Assembly (NCBI GenBank): GCA_963807605.1
Contig: CAWECG010000003.1
Coordinates: forward strand, 192,001 to 256,000
Source: Candidatus Bathyarchaeota archaeon
Lineage (GTDB): Archaea; Thermoproteota; Bathyarchaeia; 40CM-2-53-6; RBG-13-38-9
Direction of reading: 5' to 3'
Length of the DNA stretch: 64,000 bases
Both the position numbers and the translations under genes were made by a program. Shown here piece by piece: positions 30,225 to 40,562 of the stretch. Each line of letters begins with the position of its first letter. The stretch's first letter is position 1. Below the pieces are notes generated by a model. That model was not told where the DNA came from, made no database searches, and worked only from the letters and a program-made list of their open reading frames with translations.

Positions 30225-31361
30225 TTACCTTGGCCTCAATAGTTGAGAATACACATTCGATGAGACCCCGGCTACAAGTGCCCCGATTGCATCATCGACG
30301 AATGGACCGAGTCGGCGGATTATGCCAGGCTTCCTCCGGTCGAGCCTCACATACTCAAAGAGTCCTTTGGATCCGCCGATATAGGTGCTAATAGCCATAC
30401 CTATGATCTCATCGGCCAGAAGATCGACACGATCTTTAATGAACTCATTCCTAGGAAGCCCTGGAATCAGCCCTGAGCGGCCATCATCCTCAAGCCTAAA
30501 AGCTGCAAGTACAAGGGCAGCGACGTTATGATCTGAGGAGAACTCTCTAAGCAATTGCCTGAAGATCTTTCTGGCTTGATCTCTGGTCCCCATTGACTTG
30601 TGGTGAATGTAGTTCACCAAAAAAGCTTCTTCGAGATCTTCGATTCTGATGCCACGCTCTTCTAGCCTATCCAGCAGATGCCGAGTTGGGTACAACTTAT
30701 CCTGTTTTGCGATCGCAGCTCTAACAGCTTCGCCCACCGCCGTAGCGATCGACCTCCCCAGTTCTGTCGCCACGCCTGCGTAGTCGCAGAACGGTCCTTC
30801 GTCTGTTGTTCCGATCATTAGTGCGTCTGTTGAGGTTCCGGTTGCGCCATCACCTGAGTTGGCGCTTCTAACATCGAGTTCTCTGAAAACAACTGTCTTT
30901 GCCTCGGTTGCTGTCTGGAGCGCATTCACGAGGCACGCGTCGGTCATCTTTGCATCTGTAAGGACGATGATGTTGACTGTTCCACCCTTGTTCTTGGATC
31001 TCTTGATACGTTCACCGGCCTTTGCGGAGTTAGAGGTGCCTGCAGTTGCGATTGCTGTAACCCTGATATTCCTACTCTCGCATGTTGAGTGGCCGAAGTG
31101 TTCTGGGTTGGCAGCGGTCATGAAACCGACGGTCATGTTAGCATCCAAGTGGCTTCTTGCAACAGCCTTCAGCAGATCTGCTTGGGGATCCTCACTCATG
31201 AAACCTTTTGAGACGTGTTGGATTAAGATCGAGTTGGCTCTTCGTAGCCCACCGTTGAGGGCTGTTGAGCTCAGAACCCTTAGAGGGTGCTGAAACTTGA
31301 TTATTAGCGAGTCTCGTGTTGCTTGGATGGACGTGTTACCTGTGGGAAGATGCATCCTCAT
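30225..31361 (-). CDS. cbiS: CbiZ amidohydrolase fused to CobZ-type alpha-ribazole phosphatase (CbiS)
   Basis: N-terminal LSST..NGG, GFMTAA, GTVNI, TEAK, ATGTSTD; C-terminal DEIIG..IGGSKG..RLD..KPG..LGPFVDD. Confidence 0.88.
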   Translation of the reverse strand: MRMHLPTGNTSIQATRDSLIIKFQHPLRVLSSTALNGGLRRANSILIQHVSKGFMSEDPQADLLKAVARSHLDANMTVGFMTAANPEHFGHSTCESRNIRVTAIATAGTSNSAKAGERIKRSKNKGGTVNIIVLTDAKMTDACLVNALQTATEAKTVVFRELDVRSANSGDGATGTSTDALMIGTTDEGPFCDYAGVATELGRSIATAVGEAVRAAIAKQDKLYPTRHLLDRLEERGIRIEDLEEAFLVNYIHHKSMGTRDQARKIFRQLLREFSSDHNVAALVLAAFRLEDDGRSGLIPGLPRNEFIKDRVDLLADEIIGMAISTYIGGSKGLFEYVRLDRRKPGIIRRLGPFVDDAIGALVAGVSSNVYSQLLRPR

Positions 31362-32458
31362 TGAGAGCCCACTATCCGCTCGTATTCTCGCTCTATCTCT
31401 TCCTGAAGTGATTTCATCGTGATCTGGCCGGCTGTCTTTGCGATAGAGGATATTGATACCCCGCCAGCGCCTACGCCTTCCTTTACCACGCCTGACTCGT
31501 AGGCCTGCAGTCCTGAATACCTCGATCGTTTGAAGTCTAGGTTAGCTGCCATAACCGGGACATTCCCCACTTGGCTGACCAACCCCACAATATCCGAACT
31601 CCGGTCCTTGATCAGCCACCTTGTGGTCGCGATAGACAAACAATCTATCAGTGACGGGTCTATCTCGTTGACTACCGCGAGTACAGCCGCCATCTGAGTT
31701 CCACCTGCCAACATCACTGGGACCTTCTTTGCAGCACCAACTGTCAATCCTGCAACAGCCACTTGCATCGGATCACCGACCATGCTGATGGCTTCGAGAG
31801 GCCTCCCTTTCAATTCGCCCTCCTCCATTCCGGCCGCCTCCATCGCCTGACGCACGACAGATAGTTTGAGGTCATGCGGGTTGTCTGGCATGCTACTACT
31901 AACCTTTCCTTTGGCGTCCAAACCAATGGCGATCATGACCGAGAGGGCGGTGGTCGTTCCACCGGGTATGCTCTCGCCAAGCACCAGATAGTCGGATGCT
32001 CCAGCCAAGTTCCTACCCGCCACCATAGCCCGCTCAAATATCGAAAAGACATTGTTGACGGCCTGGCCTGTTCTGATGTCCATGCCTGGCTGCCCACCTA
32101 TATCGAGGAAGGGGGTTTGAGGTTTGATCTTTGAGCCGGCGTCAACAATGACAACAGGTATCATGGACATATTAATTGCGGCTTTCGTGATTAGGGCGGG
32201 TGTCGGTATCCCCTCGGGGGTAACAGGCACACCGTCGATACATCTGCACCTGCCGTAGTACAGATACTCCACATCTGCGGGCGGGGTGTAGTCTGTGAGT
32301 TCGGGATCTTTTCCCGCCGCGGATATTCCTTTGATCTTAGCTGTCTCTGTCGTCGCGATGGTGCAGATAAAAATTGGATCCTTGCCTTCTATTCTCTTGA
32401 GGAAACTCTCTGCCTTTGATGGCTCGAAAGCCTTCAATATGTCAGGGGATTCAACCAT
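31358..32458 (-). CDS. cobT: Archaeal nicotinate-nucleotide base phosphoribosyltransferase
   Basis: GISAAG..YTP, PTPALIT, GESIPGGTTTA, LAGGTQM, VKEGVGAGG. Confidence 0.92.
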   Translation of the reverse strand: MVESPDILKAFEPSKAESFLKRIEGKDPIFICTIATTETAKIKGISAAGKDPELTDYTPPADVEYLYYGRCRCIDGVPVTPEGIPTPALITKAAINMSMIPVVIVDAGSKIKPQTPFLDIGGQPGMDIRTGQAVNNVFSIFERAMVAGRNLAGASDYLVLGESIPGGTTTALSVMIAIGLDAKGKVSSSMPDNPHDLKLSVVRQAMEAAGMEEGELKGRPLEAISMVGDPMQVAVAGLTVGAAKKVPVMLAGGTQMAAVLAVVNEIDPSLIDCLSIATTRWLIKDRSSDIVGLVSQVGNVPVMAANLDFKRSRYSGLQAYESGVVKEGVGAGGVSISSIAKTAGQITMKSLQEEIEREYERIVGSQ

Positions 32459-32467
32459 CTTCTCAAC

Positions 32468-33433
32468 CTAATGTAATTGGATTATCACAATTGAAATTGT
32501 CAAGGTCAAGGCAAGGAAGAGCGAGGTCGTGAGTCTCATGATTCCGATGGCGGGCTGGATATCTATGTGAGACGGCATACTGAGTCCTTCGCCCAACTGG
32601 TAGGAGTTCACTTTCTCCAACCTCACTCCCAAGGCGCCAGCCATCGCGGACATAGGATAGCCGGCGTTCAGACTTTCAGTCTTGTCGTGTTCTCTTCTCA
32701 TGGTAGAAAGGGAGGACTTCCAATCTCTATGGAGAATTGCTGCTGCCAAGACCATGATCAATGCTGTCAGCCTTGCCGGGACGAAGTTTGCAAGGCTATC
32801 GAGTTTGGCGGAGAACCATCCTATCTGGGAATAAACCGTATCTTTGTAACCGATCGTTGAGTCTAGCGTGTTTATTGCACGGAAGGCTATCGCCCCAGGT
32901 ACTCCTAAGAGGAAGAAGTAGAAGAGGGGAGAGATTATCCCGTCGACAGTACCTTCTGCCACGGATTCTATTGTTGCAGAGGCACAAAGGCCATCATCAA
33001 GTTGTTTCGTATTACGCCTTACGATCTTGCCCACTGCCTCTCTTGCTGAAACAAGATCTTTGCTTTCCAAAGCTCCTTTGATCGGTTTTGTGTGTAGCTC
33101 CATCGATCTGATGGCGAAAGACGTCTTGAGGATTAAGCCTCCTAGAATTATGTAGCCAAGTTGGCCGAGAAGTCTCCTTGCAACTTCGAGAAGAATGAAT
33201 ACCGATCCCGTAGCAGATAGCAGCACGATCAATGCCAGGATCGAGCCGAAAAACCGGCCACGTGAATTGAACCTGCCGACCTTCTGTCTTAACCACTCAG
33301 TGGTTCTTCCGATTAGGACAGTGGGATGTATGGTCTCTGGAGGCTCGCCTATTACCAAATCGAGTCCAAGGCCAAGAACTAAGATAGAAAGCTGAACGAT
33401 CAGACCTTCTGGGACTAGGTAAAGAATACTCAT
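32468..33433 (-). CDS. cbiB: Adenosylcobinamide-phosphate synthase
   Basis: DLVIGEP..HP, ESVAEGTVDG, RAINTLDS, ARLT, NAGYPMSAMAGALG; probable ATG at 33433. Confidence 0.93.
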   Translation of the reverse strand: MSILYLVPEGLIVQLSILVLGLGLDLVIGEPPETIHPTVLIGRTTEWLRQKVGRFNSRGRFFGSILALIVLLSATGSVFILLEVARRLLGQLGYIILGGLILKTSFAIRSMELHTKPIKGALESKDLVSAREAVGKIVRRNTKQLDDGLCASATIESVAEGTVDGIISPLFYFFLLGVPGAIAFRAINTLDSTIGYKDTVYSQIGWFSAKLDSLANFVPARLTALIMVLAAAILHRDWKSSLSTMRREHDKTESLNAGYPMSAMAGALGVRLEKVNSYQLGEGLSMPSHIDIQPAIGIMRLTTSLFLALTLTISIVIIQLH

Positions 33434-33437
33434 ATCT

Positions 33438-34580
33438 TTACAGCTTCCCTGTCCAGCAGAGGCCCTCGAGAAAATCCAGAAGAATTGTATTCTGCCTTCT
33501 CGTCTTGATTGCCACCCTGATGTGATATTCATCCAGGCCTTTGAATGAGCTACAGTCTCGAATCATGATACCCTTGTTCAGTGAATATTCTGAGATTTGA
33601 CGTGCAGTGAGGCCTGTAGCCTTGGTATCGATCAGTAAGAAATTGACCTTCGAATCGTGGATTCTCAAGCCTGGAGTCGTCCTTAACCGGTTCGTCATGT
33701 AGGTGCGTTCTCTCATTACGAGTTCCCTTACCTCTGTCGCGTACCTGAGATCCTTGAGTGCGACTTCCGCTGCGGCTTGAGCTAGGCAGTTGACATTCCA
33801 AGGTATCTTCGCCTTGCTGAGCACGTCTATTATCTCTGCAGATCCTAAGCCATACCCTATTCTAAGCCCGGGCAAGCCATGAAATTTTGTGAGACTCCGA
33901 AGAACAAAGAGGTTGTCATTCTTCCTAACCTCGGCAGCCAATGTATAGTCTTCCTGATGTTGAGCGAAATCCATGAATGCTTCATCCACGAAAACTAGAT
34001 CCCTGCGTCCAGCTGCTGACTCGATGATCCTCAACAGATCCACTCGATTGAGCAGAGCCCCTGTCGGATTGTTAGGGTTGCATATGAATACTGGACGATC
34101 CTTGTCTACCAGTTTCAGGACTGTCTGAAGATCGGTGGTCAAGTCATCTTTGGGCGTGATGTCCCTGATCCTTCCCCCTGACTTCTGTACTGCTCGTTCG
34201 TATTCGCTGAAGGTGGGGATCGGTATTATGGCGGTTGTTCTCTCTTGTACGAATACTTTGGCGAAGAGGTCAATAAGCTCGGATGATCCGTTGCCAACGA
34301 TGACGTTCTCAGCAGATAAGCCTTCATATTGCTTGGCAATGATTCGTTTTAGGTTATCCGCATCTGGCTGAGGATAGAGGCTGACTTTCCAGAGATTATT
34401 CTTGATTACGTTCAGAACCTTTTTCGAGGGTCCCAGTGGGCTGATATTTGAGCTGAAGTCCATGAGCCTTCCACGCTTAATGGTGGAGTCGTCTGCCACT
34501 AACCAGACATCTCCGCCATGGGGCTGTGATCTGAGACTCATCAACTCCTTTCTAGATATCTGCGACACCCAACTCAACAA
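33438..34580 (-). CDS. cobD: L-threonine-O-3-phosphate decarboxylase
   Basis: HGG, DFSSNISPLG, CNPNNPTG, DEAFMDF, RSLTKFHGLPGLRIGY; cob operon context. Confidence 0.9.
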   Translation of the reverse strand: MLSWVSQISRKELMSLRSQPHGGDVWLVADDSTIKRGRLMDFSSNISPLGPSKKVLNVIKNNLWKVSLYPQPDADNLKRIIAKQYEGLSAENVIVGNGSSELIDLFAKVFVQERTTAIIPIPTFSEYERAVQKSGGRIRDITPKDDLTTDLQTVLKLVDKDRPVFICNPNNPTGALLNRVDLLRIIESAAGRRDLVFVDEAFMDFAQHQEDYTLAAEVRKNDNLFVLRSLTKFHGLPGLRIGYGLGSAEIIDVLSKAKIPWNVNCLAQAAAEVALKDLRYATEVRELVMRERTYMTNRLRTTPGLRIHDSKVNFLLIDTKATGLTARQISEYSLNKGIMIRDCSSFKGLDEYHIRVAIKTRRQNTILLDFLEGLCWTGKL

Positions 34581-34589
34581 GAACCATCT

Positions 34590-35804
34590 CTACGCAGCTT
34601 TTCGCCTCTGCTTAATCACCATATCCATAATCTGTGATCCCAGTATTCGACCGAGTCTACCTCTTGCAGCAGCAGATTCACTGTATTCCGTTACATTGTC
34701 AGGCTCGATCTGTCTGCCTGCGATCGTTACTGGGGCTGGGTCGCAGGTATGTCGCCTTAAGATTGTTGAGGATGTGTGATCGGCCATAAGAAGAACCAGC
34801 GTATTGTCAAGTGGAAGAGTATCGAGCAAATCTCCGAGCATCAGGTCGATCTTTTTGATGATCAGGATCTTTGAGGCAACCTCACCGTCATGACTTGCTT
34901 CATCTGGGCCACCGAGGTGGAGCAACACGAAGTCGTGATCTTTGCAGGCTTCGATTGCAGACTTCGTCTTTGCTTCAATGTCTGTATCTATTCCACCGGT
35001 TGCGCCGGCGACCATGGGAACGGTCATTCCGCAAAGTCTGCCGATGCCTCGTGCCAGAGGAGCCCCGGCCACGCAGGCAGCCCTCAACCCGAATCTTGAA
35101 TAGAATGATTCAGGCGAGGATTTTCTGCCTGCGCCCCATGGGATCATAATATTGGCTTGTCTTTTGTTAGAAGATGTTGGTCCTTCAAGTTCTCTTGATA
35201 ATATCTTGTTGCTATGCTCAGTTATCGAGTTGATGATCGCAACAGTTCTTTTTGCAGCAGTTGTCTCTTCCAGTGCATATGCTCTCGACGCTCTCTCACC
35301 CTGCTTCGGTGGAGGTGTGGTTACGTTAGGGGACAATTTCTCTCCTCGAAGTATCATGACGCCTTTGAATCTCCAGGTTACTTTAAGCGATAGATCTACG
35401 CCCCAAGAATCTGAACAGTAAGCACGAAGAGATTCTGTAAATTCTGATCGGTCTGCGTCAGAGGCGTCAACCCTTTCCTTCAATACTCTGAGATCTTTGT
35501 CGACCAATGAAAAATTACATCTGAAGGCCAGATCATTGCCCTCAGGGACCAAGCCAGCTCCTAAAGCTTCTAAGGGACCTCTTGCGATTTTGGTTGAGAG
35601 GTTGGAATAGCCGAGAATGGTCATAATTGCCGCTTCGCTCTCAGCGATGAGGCCTGGGCCCAAGGGGTCAAGGAGACCAGAACTGCCTTGAGAGGCGAGT
35701 CGTGCCATATTGGCGCAACTTGCTATCTCCAGTGGTGTCTGTCCTCCGAGTTCTGGAAGAGGTAGATCTGACATTCCATCTCCGATGATCATGAGGACTG
35801 GCAT
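34590..35804 (-). CDS. ApgM-like metalloenzyme (cofactor-independent phosphoglycerate mutase / AlkP superfamily), first gene of the cob operon
   Basis: GDGMSD..TPL, RGPLEA, AFRCN, PDEASH, ADH, HTCDP; ESE where ApgM usually has GSD. Confidence 0.85.
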   Translation of the reverse strand: MPVLMIIGDGMSDLPLPELGGQTPLEIASCANMARLASQGSSGLLDPLGPGLIAESEAAIMTILGYSNLSTKIARGPLEALGAGLVPEGNDLAFRCNFSLVDKDLRVLKERVDASDADRSEFTESLRAYCSDSWGVDLSLKVTWRFKGVMILRGEKLSPNVTTPPPKQGERASRAYALEETTAAKRTVAIINSITEHSNKILSRELEGPTSSNKRQANIMIPWGAGRKSSPESFYSRFGLRAACVAGAPLARGIGRLCGMTVPMVAGATGGIDTDIEAKTKSAIEACKDHDFVLLHLGGPDEASHDGEVASKILIIKKIDLMLGDLLDTLPLDNTLVLLMADHTSSTILRRHTCDPAPVTIAGRQIEPDNVTEYSESAAARGRLGRILGSQIMDMVIKQRRKAA

Positions 35805-35889
35805 GGCTTGTCGAAGGCTTATATCGCGGTCGGGTTTAAAAGGTGGCGGGATGGTCCATCCAACTGACGCTTACACAGTCAAGTGCTGA

Positions 35890-36969
35890 GTGAACTTGGA
35901 AGCAATTGAGAGCCAGGGGTTCATATCGAGGTCTTCAAGGTGGAGGCTCATTACTTCAGCGCTTCTTGCACTGCTCCTTGCTGCAATTTTTCTGTCCTTG
36001 ACTGTAGGCTTTTCAAAGTTCTCAGCTGTGAGTGTTTTTAAGGCTCTCCTTCAGTCGATGCCTCTTCTTGGTAAGGCGTTGGGTCTGGCTGGGTCTGACG
36101 AGAAGGAGATGATGATCATCACCGAAATTCGTCTACCGAGGATTCTGGTGGGTGCACTAGCGGGATCGGGGCTTGCACTTGCCGGCGTCATCTTCCAAGG
36201 AATCTTCAGAAACCCTATGGCTGATCCGTACGTTATTGGGGTTTCATCAGGAGCAGCTTTCGGCGCTGCATTAGCGATAGTTATGGGCATAGGTTACTCA
36301 GTATTCGGTATCAACGCGATATCCGTCTTGTCGTTCCTAGCGGCCACCTTGACGGTTTTGGCCGTCTACAACTTAGCCCGGGTTGGGCCGCGTGCTCCGG
36401 TCGTGACTCTTCTGCTCTCAGGGGTTGCGATCAGCATCTTTCTCTCATCACTGGTCTCTCTAATGGAGGTGTTTTCTGGATGGGAATTGCGCAGGCTCGT
36501 TTATTGGATGATGGGAGGATTCACTTACGTTGAGTGGAAGGATGTCTTTTCGATCTTTCCACTCGTCTCTGTAGGAGCAGTTCTGACATACTTCTTCGCG
36601 AGGGATTTGAATGTCATGACTTTAGGCGATGAGGAGGCGCAACACCTTGGAGTCAACGTCGACAGGTCAAGAAAGGTATTGATTGTGGTAGGGTCCCTGA
36701 TGACGGCGGCCGCCGTCTCCGTTGGGGGCCTCATCGCGTTTGTCGGCCTTGTGATACCCCACCTCACCAGGATGCTCGTCGGTCCGGATCATAGGATATT
36801 GATACCTAGCGCGTTCTTCACTGGAGCTATATTCCTGATCTTCTGTGATGCTATTGCAAGAGGTATCTCAAGCTCAGCAGAATTACCTGTTGGCATTGTG
36901 ACAGCGTTGTCCGGAGGGCCATTCTTCATCTACCTGCTTAGGAAGAGCAGGGGAAGGTACACTATGTAA
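35890..36969 (+). CDS. btuC: Cobalamin/iron-chelate ABC permease
   Basis: IRLPRI, FRNPMADPY, LGDEEA..LG, FVGL..PH, GGPFF. Confidence 0.9.
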   Translation: MNLEAIESQGFISRSSRWRLITSALLALLLAAIFLSLTVGFSKFSAVSVFKALLQSMPLLGKALGLAGSDEKEMMIITEIRLPRILVGALAGSGLALAGVIFQGIFRNPMADPYVIGVSSGAAFGAALAIVMGIGYSVFGINAISVLSFLAATLTVLAVYNLARVGPRAPVVTLLLSGVAISIFLSSLVSLMEVFSGWELRRLVYWMMGGFTYVEWKDVFSIFPLVSVGAVLTYFFARDLNVMTLGDEEAQHLGVNVDRSRKVLIVVGSLMTAAAVSVGGLIAFVGLVIPHLTRMLVGPDHRILIPSAFFTGAIFLIFCDAIARGISSSAELPVGIVTALSGGPFFIYLLRKSRGRYTM

Positions 36970-36981
36970 GAGGGAGCTTGC

Positions 36982-38280
36982 TTGGTCTCTATTGAGATAG
37001 ATGATGTTAGCTTCTCCTACGAGTCGCTCGATGCCCTCAAGAACGTGACATTGGAGGTGAAGCAGGGCGAGTTTATAGGGATAATAGGTCCCAACGGTGC
37101 TGGCAAATCCACTCTGCTGAGCATCATTAGCAGGATCCTCATGCCCAGATCAGGCGCCGTTCTCTTGGAGGATCTTGACATTCAACAGATGAGTCAGAAA
37201 GCCCTAGCCAGAAAGGTTGGATTTGTTGCTCAAGATAGCAATATTCCATTCAGATTCACAGCCCTAGACTTGGTCCTCATGGGGCGGAACCCTTACCTCG
37301 GCAGGTTTGAAATAGAATCTCATCAAGACCTGAAGATCGCGCAAGAGAGCATGAAGAGGACGGCGATATCCCATCTAGCACACAGGGCTGCAACAGAAAT
37401 AAGTGGTGGCGAGAGGCAACGCGTCCTGATAGCTAGAGCCCTGACACAAACCCCTAGGGTGATGTTACTAGATGAGCCGACACTGCATCTGGATGTAAGC
37501 AGTCAGATCGACATAATGGATCTCCTTCAAGATCTCTGTACAAAGAATAATCTGACAGTCGTATCTGTTTTTCATGACTTCAATCTGGCTGCAAGATACT
37601 GTGACCGAATTGTACTAATGAACAAAGGAAGGATCGAGGCAACAGGAACACCAGAGGAGGTTCTAACCAGAGAGAACATCAAGAACGTCTTCGGGATAGA
37701 CGCCCATGTAGGTCGCAACTTCCTGACAGATTCGGTATACGCCATCCCTCTGACAAACAAGAAACCAAAGGATTTGAATAAGGACTGGATCGTCCACCTG
37801 ATCTGTGGTGGCGGGTCAGGCGCCTCCATAATGCGAAGACTCGTGAATGAGGGTTGGGGTGTCACAGCAGGAGTCTTGAATCTCCTGGATACGGACCATG
37901 AGGTTGCCTATTCACTCGGGATCTCGATTGTTCCTGAAGCACCATTCTCGCCCATAACTGAGTCAGCACACAAACAGAATCTGGAGTTCATCAGCAAATC
38001 TGATACGGTATTAGTAACAGACTTCTTGGTGGGACGGGACAACATTATGAACCTCGAGGCCGCCAAGGCATCTGTGCAATCGGGTTTTCCCACAATACTG
38101 ATCAAGAGTCGCTCGATAGTAGATAGAGACTTTACGGGTGGAGCCGGAGCGGCCTTGGTGAGAGTTATGGTGAACTTAGGCGCTAAACGCGTTGAAGATT
38201 TGGAGGAAGCTTTAATCCTGCTTGAGGGTCTTAGGAAGAATCGTTTGAAGAGTTCGGAATATCTTGAGAGAAGCGCTTGA
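36982..38280 (+). CDS. btuD: Cobalamin ABC ATPase with archaeal C-terminal extension
   Basis: GPNGAGKS, ISGGERQR, LLDEPT; extra VHLICGGGSG domain. Confidence 0.88.
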   Translation: MVSIEIDDVSFSYESLDALKNVTLEVKQGEFIGIIGPNGAGKSTLLSIISRILMPRSGAVLLEDLDIQQMSQKALARKVGFVAQDSNIPFRFTALDLVLMGRNPYLGRFEIESHQDLKIAQESMKRTAISHLAHRAATEISGGERQRVLIARALTQTPRVMLLDEPTLHLDVSSQIDIMDLLQDLCTKNNLTVVSVFHDFNLAARYCDRIVLMNKGRIEATGTPEEVLTRENIKNVFGIDAHVGRNFLTDSVYAIPLTNKKPKDLNKDWIVHLICGGGSGASIMRRLVNEGWGVTAGVLNLLDTDHEVAYSLGISIVPEAPFSPITESAHKQNLEFISKSDTVLVTDFLVGRDNIMNLEAAKASVQSGFPTILIKSRSIVDRDFTGGAGAALVRVMVNLGAKRVEDLEEALILLEGLRKNRLKSSEYLERSA

Positions 38281-38893
38281 AATTGAGCGGCTAGAGAAGA
38301 GTATCGCGGCAGGTCCCCAGCCATCCTTCTCAAAGTTTGACATCATGAAGACAATCGAGGTTATGCATAGATCTGGACCACTTGGCAGAAAGAAACTTTC
38401 AAGCATCCTCCACCTAGGAGAAGGCTCGACAAGAACAATCCTGGATCACCTCCAGAGTGCGTCGATGATAGAGAAGACAAGGCATGGCTGTGAACTGACT
38501 GGTAAAGGGAGAAGAATCGCACAAAAAATGACTGCTAAAATAGCTAGACAATTTCAACTACCTGAGAATGTCTTGGTAGCCGGGAAGTTCGCCTACGGAA
38601 TATTGGTCAGAGATTCTGCCTCAAAAGTGACGAATGGAATAGAACAACGTGACGCGGCCGTAAAGGCCGGTGCGAAGAGCGCGACGACTATTGTCTGCAG
38701 AGGAGGACGTTTGGTGATGCCTCCTGAGACCAAACCGATTCCCAAGGAGTGGGATGAACCGTTGCGAGCAATATACGCCAAGTTTGAACCGAAAGAGGAT
38801 GATGTTATCGTAATCAGTGGTGCTGATGACTTGTTCTTGGCAGAGCTAGGCGCTAGGGCTGGCTCATGGATCTTTATTGACGATCAATCCTGA
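38264..38893 (+). CDS. HTH + DUF4443-like protein
   Basis: GRKKLS..LGEGSTRT wHTH; GIEQRDAAVKAGA. Confidence 0.8.
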   Translation: MREALEIERLEKSIAAGPQPSFSKFDIMKTIEVMHRSGPLGRKKLSSILHLGEGSTRTILDHLQSASMIEKTRHGCELTGKGRRIAQKMTAKIARQFQLPENVLVAGKFAYGILVRDSASKVTNGIEQRDAAVKAGAKSATTIVCRGGRLVMPPETKPIPKEWDEPLRAIYAKFEPKEDDVIVISGADDLFLAELGARAGSWIFIDDQS

Positions 38894-38984
38894 GAATCGT
38901 AACACTCAACAGTGTTGTGTAATCAATCCTTTTATCTAGATCTTATGAGCGTAGCAGTGGCTCTTAGAGATGTGAGATTCTATC

Positions 38985-40280
38985 TTGTCTTTGCATGAAA
39001 GTCTTGAGAAAGCTCCCATCACATTCTTCCACTACAGGTTTCTTGGTGTAAGCTGCCTAGCTTGGGCCTTCAACGCAATGGCGGTGTTAGTAATTTCCTT
39101 CGCCGCTCCGCTCATAAGGACTGAGTGGCGTCTCTCCTTGCTGAGCCTTGGATTTCTTTTGACGGCTCACTACGTAGGCATGTTCGTGGGAGCCGCCAGC
39201 GTCGGGTCCCTCGCAGACTATATCGGGAGAAAGACGACAGTGCAGTCTGCGATAGTGCTCTACTCGATCTTTACAGGTCTCTGCGCATTTGCTTGGGACT
39301 TTAACTCACTGATGATCTTACGCTTTCTCGGAGGGCTTGGGACCGGCGGGGTGATGCCAGTCTTGAGTACCTGGATGTCCGAGTATATTCCCACACGAAG
39401 GAGAGGGACCTTTGTCGCCGTTCTTGAGAGTTCTTGGTCTTTCGGTGTACTCTTCATAAGCCTGTTCTCGTTGCTTGTTCTTCCCGCCTATGGTTGGCGA
39501 TCGATCTTTCTTGTGCTCTTCATCAGCGTGGTCTTGGTAGGACTTGTCCAGCGATACATGCCTGAGTCGATTAGGTACCTTGAGGTGAAGGGAAGACTTC
39601 AGCAAGCAAAGAGCATATTACAGGAGTATGCCTTTCCTGAACCTTCCGGACTCGTCAAACCTGAGTCTTCAAAGGTTTCCATCCGGGAGCTCTTCTCAAG
39701 TGCACTCAGACGTAGGACGGTAATGCTCTGGATCTTATGGTTCTGCATAGCTTATGCCTATCACGGGATTTTCATCTGGCTGCCGACAATCCTGAACGAA
39801 CAGGGCTTCACACTGGTAAGAGCCCTATGGTTCACCGTGCTGATAACCTCTCTCCAGATCCCTGGCTACTTGAGCGCAGCCTTCCTGATAGACCGAGTGG
39901 GAAGAAGACCGATACTGGTAAGCTACATGATCATTGCAGGGATAGCGAGTTATCTATTCGGCACCAGTAGGGCCGACTTGTCCATAATCATCTTTGGCGG
40001 GGCAATCTCCTTCTTCAACCTCGGAGCATGGGCGGTCACTTACGCCTATACCCCTGAACTCTACCCTACCAGGATCAGGGGAACAGGGTCAGGGTGGGCA
40101 GGAGCCATAGGTAGGATCGCAACAACAATCGCACCCATCGTTACCGGAATACTTGTCTCTAGCATGGGCATCTTTCAGGTTTTTCTCGGCTTCTTTGCAG
40201 TCCAATTCGTCGCCGCGGCCGCTGTGGCGGCTCTAGGCACCGAGACAGTAGGCAAGACGCTTGAGGAGATCTCAAAATAG
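38985..40280 (+). CDS. MFS transporter (NiaP/aromatic-acid subfamily-like)
   Basis: LADYIGRK, PES, IDRVGRR, ELYPTRIRGTG; about 12 TM. Confidence 0.92.
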   Translation: MSLHESLEKAPITFFHYRFLGVSCLAWAFNAMAVLVISFAAPLIRTEWRLSLLSLGFLLTAHYVGMFVGAASVGSLADYIGRKTTVQSAIVLYSIFTGLCAFAWDFNSLMILRFLGGLGTGGVMPVLSTWMSEYIPTRRRGTFVAVLESSWSFGVLFISLFSLLVLPAYGWRSIFLVLFISVVLVGLVQRYMPESIRYLEVKGRLQQAKSILQEYAFPEPSGLVKPESSKVSIRELFSSALRRRTVMLWILWFCIAYAYHGIFIWLPTILNEQGFTLVRALWFTVLITSLQIPGYLSAAFLIDRVGRRPILVSYMIIAGIASYLFGTSRADLSIIIFGGAISFFNLGAWAVTYAYTPELYPTRIRGTGSGWAGAIGRIATTIAPIVTGILVSSMGIFQVFLGFFAVQFVAAAAVAALGTETVGKTLEEISK

Positions 40281-40562
40281 GCGAGACAGGAGGAACCCCC
40301 TCCTAAAGGAGGTAGCTCGCTTAGGCTATCGCTGAACCCCGAGACCGAGATCCTGGTTCAAAGCCATCAAGCGAGAACGAGTGGAGCACACAGTATTCAG
40401 AATAACCGATGATGTCAACGCTGGCGTCATAATTTCAGACGACGAATGCCGGTCTCGTTGGGCAGTTTTTGAATGAGCAGGAATAGTCAGTATCTTCGCT
40501 GTGCTGGAGTCTCTTGAGCGATGGCAAAATAAGGATGCTCACAACCAAAGTTAAGGGAATCA

